DNA of 64,000 bases from Pristiophorus japonicus (taxonomy: Eukaryota). The DNA lies in assembly GCF_044704955.1 (NCBI RefSeq), contig NC_091999.1:5518001-5582000 (forward strand), given 5' to 3'. The notes below the pieces were generated by a model that saw nothing but the letters and a program-made list of their open reading frames with translations, was not told where the DNA came from and searched no databases. Shown one piece after another: positions 36,555 through 50,300 of this stretch. Position 1 is the stretch's first letter. The number at the start of each line of letters is the position of its first letter. A program made the position numbers and the translations under genes.

Positions 36555-36849
36555 GGCCTCAGTACACAGTAGTACACGCGGCTGTCTCCGAGCTGCACCT
36601 CAGTCAGGGTGAAAACACCGATAGTTTTCGACTTGTTCAGAATGACAGAGAAACGCCCTTCGACTCCGCCCATTCCAGAGGAACGTATTCGAATGATGAG
36701 AGTGGGAGCATTTTGCTGGATCTGACGGTAAAGCTCCAGGAAATAGTTCGTCAGGGAGGCTGAATAGTTGCAATTAATACTCGTCGAGGTTCCTTCCAGA
36801 TACTGGGCATCTGTTGGCCATTGATCCACGGAGTCTCCAAAACTCAGAC
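36555..36849 (-). pseudogene. TCR alpha/delta-type V exon, open frame but conserved Trp replaced by Leu (ORF or pseudogene)
   Basis: CAG|GT CTG AGT TTT GGA; DSVDQWP...INCNYSASLTNYFLELYRQ...APTLII...GRFSVILNKSK...LTEVQLGDSRVYYCVLR, then RSS. Confidence 0.88.
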
Positions 36850-37069
36850 CTGCAGGTAACAATTCTGGTTACCCAGGGAAACGGAGTAAACAACAGATCA
36901 CACATTTTCACATCCTTTCACAATATATCTGTCTATCTCTCTGTGTATACACAGGGAGCCAAAGAAAGGAAGAGAAAACACCAGATTAATGGCTAGACAG
37001 AGATAGACAGGCAGTTGGATGAACATAGACATACCGAGAGAGAAAAAAACCCGACACAATTAAACAGAT

Positions 37070-40000
37070 AGAAAACACTTGCAGGAGTAGGCCATTCGGC
37101 CCTTCGAGCCTGCACCACCATTCAATAAAATCATGGCTGATCATTCCCTCAGTACCCCTTTCCTGCATTCTCTCCATACCCCTTGATCGCCTTTAGCCAT
37201 AAGGGCCACATCTAACTCCCTCTTGAATATATCCAACGAACTGCCATCAACAACTCTCTGCGGTAGGGAATTCCACAGGTTAACAACTCTGAGTGAAGAA
37301 ATTTCTCCTCATCTCGGTCCTAAATGGCTTACCCCTTATCCTTAGACTGTGTCCCCTGATTCTGGACTTTCCCAATATCAGGAACATTCTTCCTGCATCT
37401 AACCTGTCCAGTCCCATCAGAATTTTGTATGTTTCTATGAGATCCCCTCTCATCCTTCTAAACTCCAGTGAATAAAGGCCCAGTCGATCCAGTCTCTCCT
37501 CATATGTCAGACCAGCCATCCCGGGAATCAGTCTGGTGAACCTTCGCTGCACTCCCTCAATAGCAAGAACATCCTTCCTCAGATTAGGATACCAAAACTG
37601 AATACAATATTCCAGGTGAGGCCTCACCAAGGCCCTATACAACTGCAGTAAAACCTCCCTGCTCCTATACTCAAATTCCCTCGCTATGAAGGCCAACATC
37701 TATCATTTGCCTTCTTCACCGCCTGCTGTACCTGCATGCCAACTTTCAATGACTGATGTACCATGACACCCAGGTCTCGTTGCACCTCCCCTTTTCCTAA
37801 TCTGCCGACATTCAGATAATATTCTGCCTTTGTGTTTTTGCCCCCAAAGTGGATAATCTCACATTTACCCACAGTCTACTGCATCTGCCATGCATTTGCC
37901 CACTCACCTAACCTGTCCAAGTCACCCTGCAGCCTCTTAGCATCCTCCTCACAGCTCACACCGCCACCCAGTTTAGTGTCATGGAGATATTACACTCAAT
38001 TCCTTCATCCAAATCATTATTGTATATTGTAAATAGCTGGTGTCCCAGCATGGGGCCCTGCGGCACCCCACTAGACACTGCCTGCCATTCTGAAAAGGAC
38101 CCATTTATCCCGACTCTCTGCTTCCTGTCCGCCAACCAGTTCTCTATTCACGTCAGTACATTACCCCCAATACCATGTGCTTTAATTTTGCACACCAATC
38201 TCTTATGTGGGACCTTGTCAAAAGCCTTTTAAAATACACCACATCCACTGGTTCTCCCTTGTCCACTCTACCAGTTACATCCTCAAAAAATTCCAGATTT
38301 GTCAAGCATGATTTCCCTTTCATAAATCCATGCTGACTTGGACCGATCCTGTCACTGCTTTCCAAATGCGCTGTTAGTTCATCTTTAATAATTGATTCCA
38401 ACATTTTCCCCACTACTGATGTCAGGCTAACCGGTCTATAATTACCCGTTTTCTCTCTCCCTTCTTTTTTAAAAAGTGGTGTTACATTAGCTACCCTCCA
38501 GTTCATAGGAACTGATCCAGAGTCGATAGACTGTTGGAAAATGATCACCAATGCATCCACTATTTCTAGGTCCACTTCGTTAAGTACTCTGGGATGCAGA
38601 CTATCAGGCCCCAGGTATTTATCAGCCTTCAATCCCATCAATATCCCTAACACAATTTCCTGCCTAATAAGGATATCCTTCAGTTTCTCCTTCTCACTCG
38701 ACCCTCGGGTCCCCTAGTACTTCCGGAAGGTTTTTGTGTCTTCCTTCGTGAAGACAGCATCAAAGTATTTGTTCTGCTGGTCTGCCATTTCTTTGTTCCC
38801 CATTATAAATTCACCTGAATCTGACTGCAAGGGACCTACGTTTGTTTTCACTAACCTTTTTCTCTTCACATATCTATAGAAGCTTTTGCAGTCAGTTTTT
38901 ATGTTCCCGGAAAGCTTCCTCTCATACTCTATTTCCCCCCTTCTAATTAAACCCTTTGTCCTCCTCTGCTGAATTCTAAATTTCTCCCAGTCCTCAGATT
39001 TGCTGCTTTTTCTGGCCAATTTATATGCCTCTTCCTTGGATTTAACACTATACTTAATTTCCCTTGTTAGCCACGGTTGAGCCACCTTCCCCGTTTTATT
39101 TTTACTCGAGACTGGGATGTACAATTGTTGAAGTTCATCCATGTGATCTTTAAATGTTTGCCATTGTCTATCCACTGTCAACCCTCTAAGAATCACTCGC
39201 CAGTCTATTCTAGCCAATTCACGTCTCATACCATCGATGTTACCTTTCCTTACGTTCAGGACTCTAGACTCTGAATTAACTGTGTCACTCTCCATCTTAA
39301 TAAGGAATTCTACCATTGGAAAAGTTAAAAATGTAATAAATGATGTAAATTTGTTGTGGGGTGGGGTGTTTTGGACAGTTATCAGTATGAATTAATACAC
39401 ATATTATCATTAAATGTATTTTATTTAACGTAACATTGTTGCGTATTTTCTCAGATAAAACCGCTTCTCCCGGTAAATGCGTTGGCTGTAAGTTCTTATC
39501 CTCCTCCATCTCAGTCTGCCACCTCTTTAATTGGGCACATAATGGTCTTCAATATACTGGGTGACATCTGGGCCTTTTACCTCATCTTAGCGTTAAAATG
39601 GACGTTAAGTGGGTGGTAGTGATGTAAAACTTATGGAAAGTGTAGCCCATGGTCTCTAATAGGTCCTACACTTTCTCTAGTGATCCTCTTGCTCTTAATG
39701 TATTTATAAAACATCTCTGGGGGTTGCTTGATTTTACTTGCCAAAGATTTTTCATGCTCTCTCTTTGCTTTCCTAATTTCCTTTTTACTTCCCCCGCCCC
39801 CTGTCCCCCGCACTCTATATTCCTCTCGGCTTTCTGCAGCATTGAGCTCTCCGTATCTGTCATCAGCCTCCCTTTTTTCCGTTATCTTACCAGCCATCCC
39901 GGGAATCAGTCTGGTGAACCTTCGCTGCACTCCCTCAATAGCAAGAACATCCTTCCTCAGATTAGGATACCAAAACTGAATACAATATTCCAGGTGAGGC

Positions 40001-43000
40001 CTCACCAAGGCCCTATACAACTGCAGTAAAACCTCCCTGCTCCTATACTCAAATTCCCTCGCTATGAAGGCCAACATATATCATTTGCCTTCTTCACCGC
40101 CTGCTGTACCTGCATGCCAACTTTCAATGACTGATGTACCATGACACCCAGGTCTCGTTGCACCTCCCCTTTTCCTAATCTGCCGACATTCAGATAATAT
40201 TCTGCCTTTGTGTTTTTGCCCCCAAAGTGGATAATCTCACATTTACCCACAGTCTACTGCATCTGCCATGCATTTGCCCACTCACCTAACCTGTCCAAGT
40301 CACCCTGCAGCCTCTTAGCATCCTCCTCACAGCTCACACCGCCACCCAGTTTAGTGTCATGGAGATATTACACTCAATTCCTTCATCCAAATCATTATTG
40401 TATATTGTAAATAGCTGGTGTCCCAGCATGGGGCCCTGCGGCACCCCACTAGACACTGCCTGCCATTCTGAAAAGGACCCGTTTATCCCGACTCTCTGCT
40501 TCCTGTCCGCCAACCAGTTCTCTATTCACGTCAGTACATTACCCCCAATACCATGTGCTTTAATTTTGCACACCAATCTCTTATGTGGGACCTTGTCAAA
40601 AGCCTTTTAAAATACACCACATCCACTGGTTCTCCCTTGTCCACTCTACCAGTTACATCCTCAAAAAATTCCAGATTTGTCAAGCATGATTTCCCTTTCA
40701 TAAATCCATGCTGACTTGGACCGATCCTGTCACTGCTTTCCAAATGCGCTGTTAGTTCATCTTTAATAATTGATTCCAACATTTTCCCCACTACTGATGT
40801 CAGGCTAACTGGTGTATACCCGTTTTCTCTCTCCCTTCTTTTTTAAAAAGTGGTGTTACATTAGCTACCCTCCAGTTCATAGGAACTGATCCAGAGTCGA
40901 TAGACAGTTGTAAAATGATCCCCAATGCATCCACTATTTCTAGGTCCACTTCGTTAAGTACTCTGGGATGCAGACTATCAGGCCCCAGGTATTTATCGGC
41001 CTTCAATCCCATCAATACCCTAACACAATTTCCTGCCTAATAAGGATATCCTTCAGTTTCTCCTTCTCACTAGACCCTCGGGTCCCCTAGTACTTCCGGA
41101 AGGTTATTTGTGTCTTCCTTCGTGAAGACAGCATCAAAGTATTTGTTCTGCTGCTCTGCCATTTCTTTGTTCCCCATTATAAATTCACCTGAATCTGACT
41201 GCAAGGGACCTACGTTTGTTTTCACTAACCTTTTTCTCTTCACATATCTATAGAAGCTTTTGCAGTCAGTTTTTATGTTCCCGGAAAACTTCCTCTCATA
41301 CTCTATTTCCCCCCTTCTAATTAAACCCTTTGTCCTCCTCTGCTGAATTCTAAATTTCTCCCAATCCTCAGATTTGCTGCTTTTTCTGGCCAATTTATAT
41401 GCCTCTTCCTTGGATTTAACACTATACTTAATTTCCCTTGTTAGCCACGGTTGAGCCACCTTCCCCGTTTTATTTTTACTCGAGACTGGGATGTACAATT
41501 GTTGAAGTTCATCCATGTGATCTTTAAATGTTTGCCATTGTCTATCCACTGTCAACCCTCTACGAATCACTCGCCAGTCTATTCTAGCCAATTCACGTCT
41601 CATACCATCGATGTTACCTTTCCTTATGTTCAGGACTCTAGACTCTGAATTAACTGTGTCACTCTCCATCTTAATAAGGAATTCTACCATTGGAAAAGTA
41701 AAAAATGTAATAAATGATGTAAATTTGTTGTGGGGTGGGGTGTTTTGGACAGTTATCAGTATGAATTAATACACATATTATCATTAAATGTATTTTATTT
41801 AACGTAACATTGTTGCGTATTTTCTCAGATAAAACTGCTTCTCCCGGTAAGTGCGTTGGCTGTAAGTTCTTATCCTCCTCCATCTCAGTCTGCCACCTCT
41901 TTGATTGGGCACATAATGGTCTTCAATATACTGGGTGACATCTGGGCCTTATACCTCATCTTAGCGTTAAAATGGACGTTAAGTGGGTGGTAGCGATGTA
42001 AAACTTATGGAAAGTGTAGCCCATGGTCTCTAATAGGTCCTACACTTTCTCTAGTGATCCTCTTGCTCTTAATGTATTTATAAAACATCTCTGGGGGTTG
42101 CTTGATTTTACTTGCCAAAGATTTTTCATGCTCTCTCTTTGCTTTCCTAATTTCCTTTTTACTTCCCCCGCCCCCTGTCCCCCGCACTCTATATTCCTCT
42201 CGGCTTTCTGCAGCATTGAGCTCTCCGTATCTGTCATCAGCCTCCCTTTTTTCCGTTATCTTACCAGCCATCCCGGGAATCAGTCTGGTGAACCTTCGCT
42301 GCACTCCCTCAATAGCAAGAACATCCTTCCTCAGATTAGGATACCAAAACTGAATACAATATTCCAGGTGAGGCCTCACCAAGGCCCTATACAACTGCAG
42401 TAAAACCTCCCTGCTCCTATACTCAAATTCCCTCGCTATGAAGGCCAACATATATCATTTGCCTTCTTCACCGCCTGCTGTACCTGCATGCCAACTTTCA
42501 ATGACTGATGTACCATGACACCCAGGTCTCGTTGCACCTCCCCTTTTCCTAATCTGCCGACATTCAGATAATATTCTGCCTTTGTGTTTTTGCCCCCAAA
42601 GTGGATAATCTCACATTTACCCACAGTCTACTGCATCTGCCATGCATTTGCCCACTCACCTAACCTGTCCAAGTCACCCTGCAGCCTCTTAGCATCCTCC
42701 TCACAGCTCACACCGCCACCCAGTTTAGTGTCATGGAGATATTACACTCAATTCCTTCATCCAAATCATTATTGTATATTGTAAATAGCTGGTGTCCCAG
42801 CATGGGGCCCTGCGGCACCCCACTAGACACTGCCTGCCATTCTGAAAAGGACCCGTTTATCCCGACTCTCTGCTTCCTGTCCGCCAACCAGTTCTCTATT
42901 CACGTCAGTACATTACCCCCAATACCATGTGCTTTAATTTTGCACACCAATCTCTTATGTGGGACCTTGTCAAAAGCCTTTTAAAATACACCACATCCAC

Positions 43001-45055
43001 TGGTTCTCCCTTGTCCACTCTACCAGTTACATCCTCAAAAAATTCCAGATTTGTCAAGCATGATTTCCCTTTCATAAATCCATGCTGACTTGGACCGATC
43101 CTGTCACTGCTTTCCAAATGCGCTGTTAGTTCATCTTTAATAATTGATTCCAACATTTTCCCCACTACTGATGTCAGGCTAACTGGTGTATACCCGTTTT
43201 CTCTCTCCCTTCTTTTTTAAAAAGTGGTGTTACATTAGCTACCCTCCAGTTCATAGGAACTGATCCAGAGTCGATAGACTGTTGGAAAATGATCACCAAT
43301 GCATCCACTATTTCTAGGTCCACTTCGTTAAGTACTCTGGGATGCAGACTATCAGGCCCCAGGTATTTATCGGCCTTCAATCCCATCAATATCCCTAACA
43401 CAATTTCCTGCCTAATAAGGATATCCTTCAGTTTCTCCTTCTCACTAGACCCTTGGGTCCCCTAGTACTTCCGGAAGGTTATTTGTGTCTTCCTTCGTGA
43501 AGACAGCATCAAAGTATTTGTTCTGCTGCTCTGCCATTTCTTTGTTCCCCATTATAAATTCACCTGAATCTGACTGCAAGGGACCTACGTTTGTTTTCAC
43601 TAACCTTTTTCTCTTCACATATCTATAGAAGCTTTTGCAGTCAGTTTTTATGTTCCCGGAAAACTTCCTCTCATACTCTATTTCCCCCCTTCTAATTAAA
43701 CCCTTTGTCCTCCTCTGCTGAATTCTAAATTTCTCCCAATCCTCAGATTTGCTGCTTTTTCTGGCCAATTTATATGCCTCTTCCTTGGATTTAACACTAT
43801 ACTTAATTTCCCTTGTTAGCCACGGTTGAGCCACCTTCCCCGTTTTATTTTTACTCGAGACTGGGATGTACAATTGTTGAAGTTCATCCATGTTATCTTT
43901 AAATGTTTGCCATTGTCTATCCACTGTCAACCCTCTAAGAATCACTCGCCAGTCTTTTCTAGCCAATTCACGTCTCATACCATCGATGTTACCTTTCCTT
44001 ATGTTCAGGACTCTAGACTCTGAATTAACTGTGTCACTCTCCATCTTAATAAGGAATTCTACCATTGGAAAAGTTAAAAATGTAATAAATGATATAAATT
44101 TGTTGTGGGGTGGGGTGTTTTGGACAGTTATCAGTATGAATTAATACACATATTATCATTAAATGTATTTCATTTAACATAACATTGTTGCGTATTTTCT
44201 CAGATAAGACCGCTTCTCCCGGTAAGTGCGTTGGCTGTAAGTTCTTATCCTCCTCCATCTCAGTCTGCCACCTCTTTAATTGGGCATATAATGGTCTTCA
44301 ATATACTGGGTGACATCTGGGCCTTATACCTCATCTTAGCGTTAAAATGGACGTTAAGTGGGTGGTAGTGATGTAAAACTTATGGAAAGTGTAGCCCATG
44401 GTCTCTAATAGGTCCTACACTTTCTCTAGTGATCCTCTTGCTCTTAATGTATTTATAAAACATCTCTGGGGGTTGCTTGATTTTACTTGCCAAAGATTTT
44501 TCATGCTCTCTCTTTGCTTTCCTAATTTCCTTTTTACTTCCCCCGCCCCCTGTCCCCCGCACTCTATATTCCTCTCGGCTTTCTGCAGCATTGAGCTCTC
44601 CGTATCTGTCATCAGCCTCCCTTTTTTCCGTTATCTTACCCTGTGTGTCCCTTGACATCCAGCGGACTCTGGATTTGTTAGTCCCATCCTTTTCTTTAAG
44701 GGAACATACTTGCTCTGAACCCTCAGGATCTCCTCCTTGAAAGCCTCCCACTACTCCTACACCGATTTACCTTCAAGTAGCTGTTTCCAGTCCACTTTGG
44801 CTAAATCACATCTCAGCTCAGCAAAAGTGGCTTTTCCCCAATTGAGAACTTTTATTCCGGGTCTATCATTGTCCTTTTCCATAGCTACCCTAAATCTAAC
44901 TGAATTATGATCACTAGCACCTAAATGCTCTCCCACAGATACCCCTTCCACCTGCCCAGCTTCATTCCCTAAAATTAAATCCAGAACCACCCCTCCTGTG
45001 TTGGGCTTGCTGCATACTGGCTAAAAAAAAGTTCTCTTGATTGCATTTCAGGAAT
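37070..45055 (-). mobile_element. CR1 LINE ORF2 fragments of two subfamilies, with a short non-CR1 spacer, amplified by tandem duplication
   Basis: GPDSLHPRVL, NYRPVSLTSVVGK, QHGFMKGKSCLTNL, LVRPHLEYCIQFW, FYKYIKSKR. Confidence 0.93.
37511..44640. repeat. Three near-identical tandem copies of a ~2375-bp unit
   Basis: Units start at 37511, 39889 and 42263; identical ORFs recur at 2374-2378-bp offsets. Confidence 0.95.
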
Positions 45056-45069
45056 TCTGCACTTTTAGT

Positions 45070-45165
45070 ATCTGGTCATTTTCACATTGCTGTTTGTAGA
45101 AGCTTGCTGTGCACAAATTGTTTCCCACATTACAACGGTGACTGCACTAAAAAGTACTTAATTTA
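45070..45165 (+). mobile_element. Deu-SINE core fragment
   Basis: CACATTGCTGTTTGTAGAAGCTTGCTGTGCACAAATTG, similar to 10293-10330. Confidence 0.6.
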
Positions 45166-46170
45166 TTTCTAACCAGCTGCTTAACCCCACAAATCAGGAA
45201 ACACTCAGTAAGTTTGTTCATTTGCAGTGCACATTTATTTCCAGATGTTAAACTTCTCACATTTAAGTTGGTGAAATAACGTGAGTTGAAACATAAATGA
45301 CGGACAGGAAAAGACCCGCTGCTCCATCCAGCCTGTCTCACAAAACCGCGATGCTCTGTCCCCGCAGACAACATTCGGTGATGACTTGAAACCGCTCGGT
45401 GAGTTGTCCTGAGTTCTCCCTTCTGGGTCGTTCCGGCTCGCTTGGAAACCATCCTCAATCTTGCTTGTGAAAGTGCTAACTGTCACACCCTTTCATTTGC
45501 CATTCCTTTAGGCCGTGCCATACTCAGTGGATTGGAATTGAGTTACAGAGCCAGCAATGCTCGGATGAAACATCAGCTCCTAAACATTAACGGACTGAAG
45601 GGGGGTGGGGGGGGTGGTTGGAGGATGGGGGCGATGGGTGCGATGGGTGGGGGGGATGTGGATCTAATTATCGGGATGCATCGGCACAATTTGTCCATCC
45701 CCGGCTCCCGTGCTGTGTTACCTTTTAGCACACTCCAGAACTCAGCTTGTTGACACCCAAAGACACCCCAGAATGAGGAGAATCCATTCACTTCCCTCCC
45801 CACAAGACACGAGAGACAAACCGGTGGCTGGAAAATGCCGTCACTTGACGAATGAAGAGGGAACCGCTTCCAAGGCAGCTGATCTTCAATCGGGCATTCT
45901 TCACACACTGCTGGCGACTAACCAAGTAGCCGAGGAGGATGGGAACGGAGGCTTCAGCGACCAGGACAGACATGATAAAGTGATCATTACCCATGAATGC
46001 CACACTGCTGGGATACCCTAATCCGATGGGCATTCCATCTCAACAGCCAGCCCACCAATCAGAAGCTGGCAAGATCCAAATCCAGGTCCTGATGGTTCAG
46101 TTTACTGTTTGGATCTGATGCTGGCACCCGTGAATAACACTCACTTTGATCAATGTGTCCTGGGAGCCAG

Positions 46171-46777
46171 AGAGTCTGTTCCCTTGCAGGGTCCACCCTT
46201 CTCACCCTGCGTACCAGTTGGTCAGTGTCCAACAGTGTGTGGAGCGTGTTGGAACGGAGAGTCTGTTCCCTTGCAGGGTCCACCCTTCTCACCCTGCGTA
46301 CCAGTTGGTCATTGTCCAACAGTGCGTGGAGTGTGTTGGAACGGAGAGTCTGTTCCCTTGCAGGGTCCACCCTTCTCACCCTGCTTACCAGTTGGTCAGT
46401 GTCCAACAGTGTGTGGAGCGTGTTGGAACGGAGAGTCTGTTCCCTTGCAGGGTCCACCCTTCTCACCCTGCGTACCAGTTGGTCAGTGTCCAACAGTGTG
46501 TGGAGCGTGTTGGAACGGAGAGTCTGTTCCCTTGCAGGGTCCACCCTTCTCACCCTGCTTACCAGTTGGTCAGTGTCCAACAGTGCGTGGAGCGTGTTGG
46601 AACGGAGAGTCTGTTCCCTTGCAGGGTCCACCCTTCTCACCCTGCTTACCAGTTGGTCAGTGTCCAACAGTGCGTGGAGCGTGTTGGAACGGAGAGTCTG
46701 TTCCCTTGCAGGGTCCACCCTTCTCGCCCTGCATTTCAGTTGGTCATTGTCCAACAGTGCGTGGAGCATGTTGGAAT
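46171..46777. repeat. 87-bp tandem repeat, 7 copies
   Basis: AGAGTCTGTTCCCTTGCAGGGTCCACCCTTCTCACCCTGC...GTGTTGGAACGG; 29-aa periodic ORFs on both strands. Confidence 0.97.
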
Positions 46778-47329
46778 GAAAAATAAAGAGTCCCTAAATA
46801 AAAAGTAGGCTTGTCTTTAATCTTCAAATGACTCCTCTGTGAAGTCAGACCGGCAATATTTAACACCAGGGTGTATGAGAAGCACGGTTTGTGAGGCAAG
46901 TAAAGGGTTAACCAGAACCACCTTCTGCTGCGGTGTTCTGCAGCATCCTGGAGATCCGGTATCCCTGAGCAACAGAATCTAGAAATGAAAGAACGAAAGG
47001 TTGTCCAGCCTCCTCCCTGACGGCCCGAGATCCTCGAGCAGAGAGGTGATTGTCCGCTGATACGACCAAGTCGATCGATCAGGTGACCCCCAAAGTGCTG
47101 AAGATATTCTGGACTACCTCAGTGTGGACCATCCACGGGTCAGGGTGAACCACAGAGCGGCTGAGTGTGCCGTCTGTAGTATTGTCCACCCCGGCCTAAC
47201 GTGGCCGCAAGAGTGTCACCCCGTCGTTCAAGCACCAATGCACAGCAACACGTCAACTTGACAGAGGTACACAGGAGGGGATCCCAGACTGTAGAAATAC
47301 CAGACTACTATCCCACTGTCTGTCTGTAG

Positions 47330-50300
47330 ACATAGAAACATAGAAACATGGAAATTTACAGAGCAGATGGAGGTCATTCCGACCCATCGTATCCACGCCA
47401 GCCGACAAAGAGCCGCATGGCCCTCGGTCAACAGCCCTAAAGGTTACATATAAACCTATGAACAATGACGGAAAGGTAAAGAGCACCCAGCCCAACCAGT
47501 CCGCCTCACACAACTGCGACACCCCTTATACTGAAACATTCTACACTCCACCCCAACCGGAGCCATGTGATCTCCTGGGAGAGGCAACAACCAGATAAAA
47601 ACCCAGGCCAATTTAGGGAGAAAAAATCTGGGAAAATTCCTCTCCAACCCATCCAGGTGATGGAAACTAGCCCAGATCACACCCTGGCCATATTCGATTC
47701 CCTGCAGTACTTATCATTATATCTGCACCACACAACAAAAAGTCAACCGGTCTAACCCCGATTACAAGCTCTAGGTCCATATTCCTGCAGGTTACTGCAT
47801 TGTAAGTGCCCATCTAACCATCTCTTAAAAGTGGTGAGGGTTTCTGCATCCACCACTCTTCTAGGCAGCGAGTTCTGGATCCTCACAACAATCTGTGTAA
47901 AGAAACCCCCCCTCAAATCCCCTCTAAACCTTCTACCAATCACTTAAAAAATATGCCCCCTTGTAATGGGCATCTCCACTAATGAAAATAGGCCCTCACT
48001 ATCCACTATGTCCAAGCCCCTTAATATTTTGTACACCTCGATGAGGTCTCCTCTCAACTTCCTCTGTCCCATTGAGAACAAACCCAGCCTATCCAATCTG
48101 TCTTCATAACTAAGATTCTCCATTCCAGGCAATTCTCCTCTGCACCCTCTCCAGTGCAGTCATGTCCTGCCGACAATAGGGTGAACAGAACTGCATGCAG
48201 TACTCCACTGTGGCCTAACCAAAGTATTATACAATTTAAGCACAACCTCCCTGCTCTTATATTCTATGCCTTGGCCAAAATAGGCAAGCATTCCGTATGC
48301 CTTCTTAAGCACCTTATCCACCTGGCCTGCTATTTTCAGGGATCTGTGGACGAGCACTCCAAGCTCCCTTTGTTCATCTACACTATGAAGTGGCCGACTG
48401 CCTAATATGTATAACCTTTCCTTATTAGCCCTCCCAAAGTGCATCACCTCACACTTCTCTGAATTATATTCCATTTGTCAGTGCTCTGCCCACCTGACCA
48501 GTAGATTTATATCCTCCATATAGCTCATGACATTCCTCTTCATTATCACCCATAGACATGCTGACTTACCCCGCACTGAGTCTGAAAGTGTACAATATCC
48601 TATTATACCGTTCACACCCCGAGCCTGCTGAAATGACAAGTGAACTCATCCATGTCCACTGGCCTTGAAGCCCATTCCTCTTGAATGTCGCAGCATTATC
48701 TGAAGAGCCTGATGGCAGTAGTCCAAATGCCTGGAGGACACTGTGTCCCAAGACCACCATCTCTGGTTCAGATGCTGCGACAAAGGAGAACTGTGGAAAC
48801 ATTACTGTCCGAGTGATGGACATCAAGAATGCTCAATGGAGACATATCTTCATCAAGTGAGCCTTCTGGATGACTATCTCACACTCTCAGTGTGGATGGT
48901 AACCAGTATGCCCACTAGTAGATAGGTCCTCTGATGGTCACACATTGAAACATAGAAACATAGAAATTTACAGCGCAGAAGGAGGCCATTTCGACCCATC
49001 GTGTCCGCGCCGGCCGACAAAGAGCCACACGGCCCTCGGTCAGCAGCCCTAAAGGTTACATATAAACCCATGAACAATGACGGAAAGGCAAAAATCACCC
49101 AGCCCAACCAGTCCGCCTCACACAACTGCGACACCCCTTATACTGAAAACATCGACACTCCACCCCAACCGGACCCATGTGATCTCCTGGGAGAGGCAAA
49201 AACCAGATAAAAACCCAGGCCACTTTAGGGAGAAAAAATCTGAGAAAATTCCTCTTCGACCCATCCAGGCGATTGACACTAGTCCAGGAGATCACTCTGG
49301 CCGTATTCTATTCCCTGCAGTACTTACCATTATATCTGCGCCGTCCAACAAAAGGTCATCCAGTCTAATCCCAATTACCAGCTCTAGGTCCGTAACCCTG
49401 CAGGTTACTGCACTTTAAGTGCCCATCCAACCATCTCTTAAAAGTGGTGAGGGTTTTTGCATCCACCACTCTTCCAGGCAGCGAGTTCCAGATACCCACA
49501 ACTCTCTGCGTAACCAAGCCCCCCCTCAAATACCCTATAAACGTTCCACCAACCAACTTAAAACTATGTCCCCTCGTAATAGACCCCTCCACCAATGGAA
49601 ACAGACCCTTAAAAAACACTATGTCCAGGCCCCTCAATATTTTGTACACCTCAAGGAGGTCTCCCCTCAACGTCCTCTGTTCCATTGAGAAAAAACCCAG
49701 CCTATCCAATCTCTCCTCGCAGCTAAGATTCTCCATTCCAGGCAGCATCCTCATAAATATCCTCTGCAATCACGTACTTCCTATAATAGGGCGGCCAGAA
49801 CTGCACGCAGTACTCCAGCAGTGGCCTAACGAAAGTATTATACAATTTAAGCATAACCTCGTTACTCTTATATTCTATGCCTTGGCCAAAATAGGCAAGC
49901 ATTCCGTATGCCTTCTTAACCACCTTATCCACCTGGCCTGCTTTGTTCAGGGATCTGTGGACAAGCACTCCAAGGTCCCTTTGTTCATCTACACTATGAA
50001 GTGGCCTACCGCTTAATGTGTATAACCTGTCCTTATTAGACCTCCCAAAGTGCATCACCTCACACTTCTCTGAATTATATTCCATTTGCCAGTGCTCTGC
50101 CCACCTGACCAGTAGATTGATATCCTCCAGCAGCTCATGACTTTCCTTTTCATTATCAACCATAGACATGCTGACTTACCCCGCACCGAGTCTGAAAGTG
50201 TACATTGTCCTATTATACCGTTCACACCCCGAGCCTGCTGAAATGACAAGTGAACTCATCCATGTCCACTGGCCTTGAAGCCCATTCCTCCTGAATGTCG

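Noticed and set aside
38153-44751. Intact reverse-transcriptase gene
   Set aside because: CR1 ORF2 is fragmented by frameshifts, truncated and duplicated.
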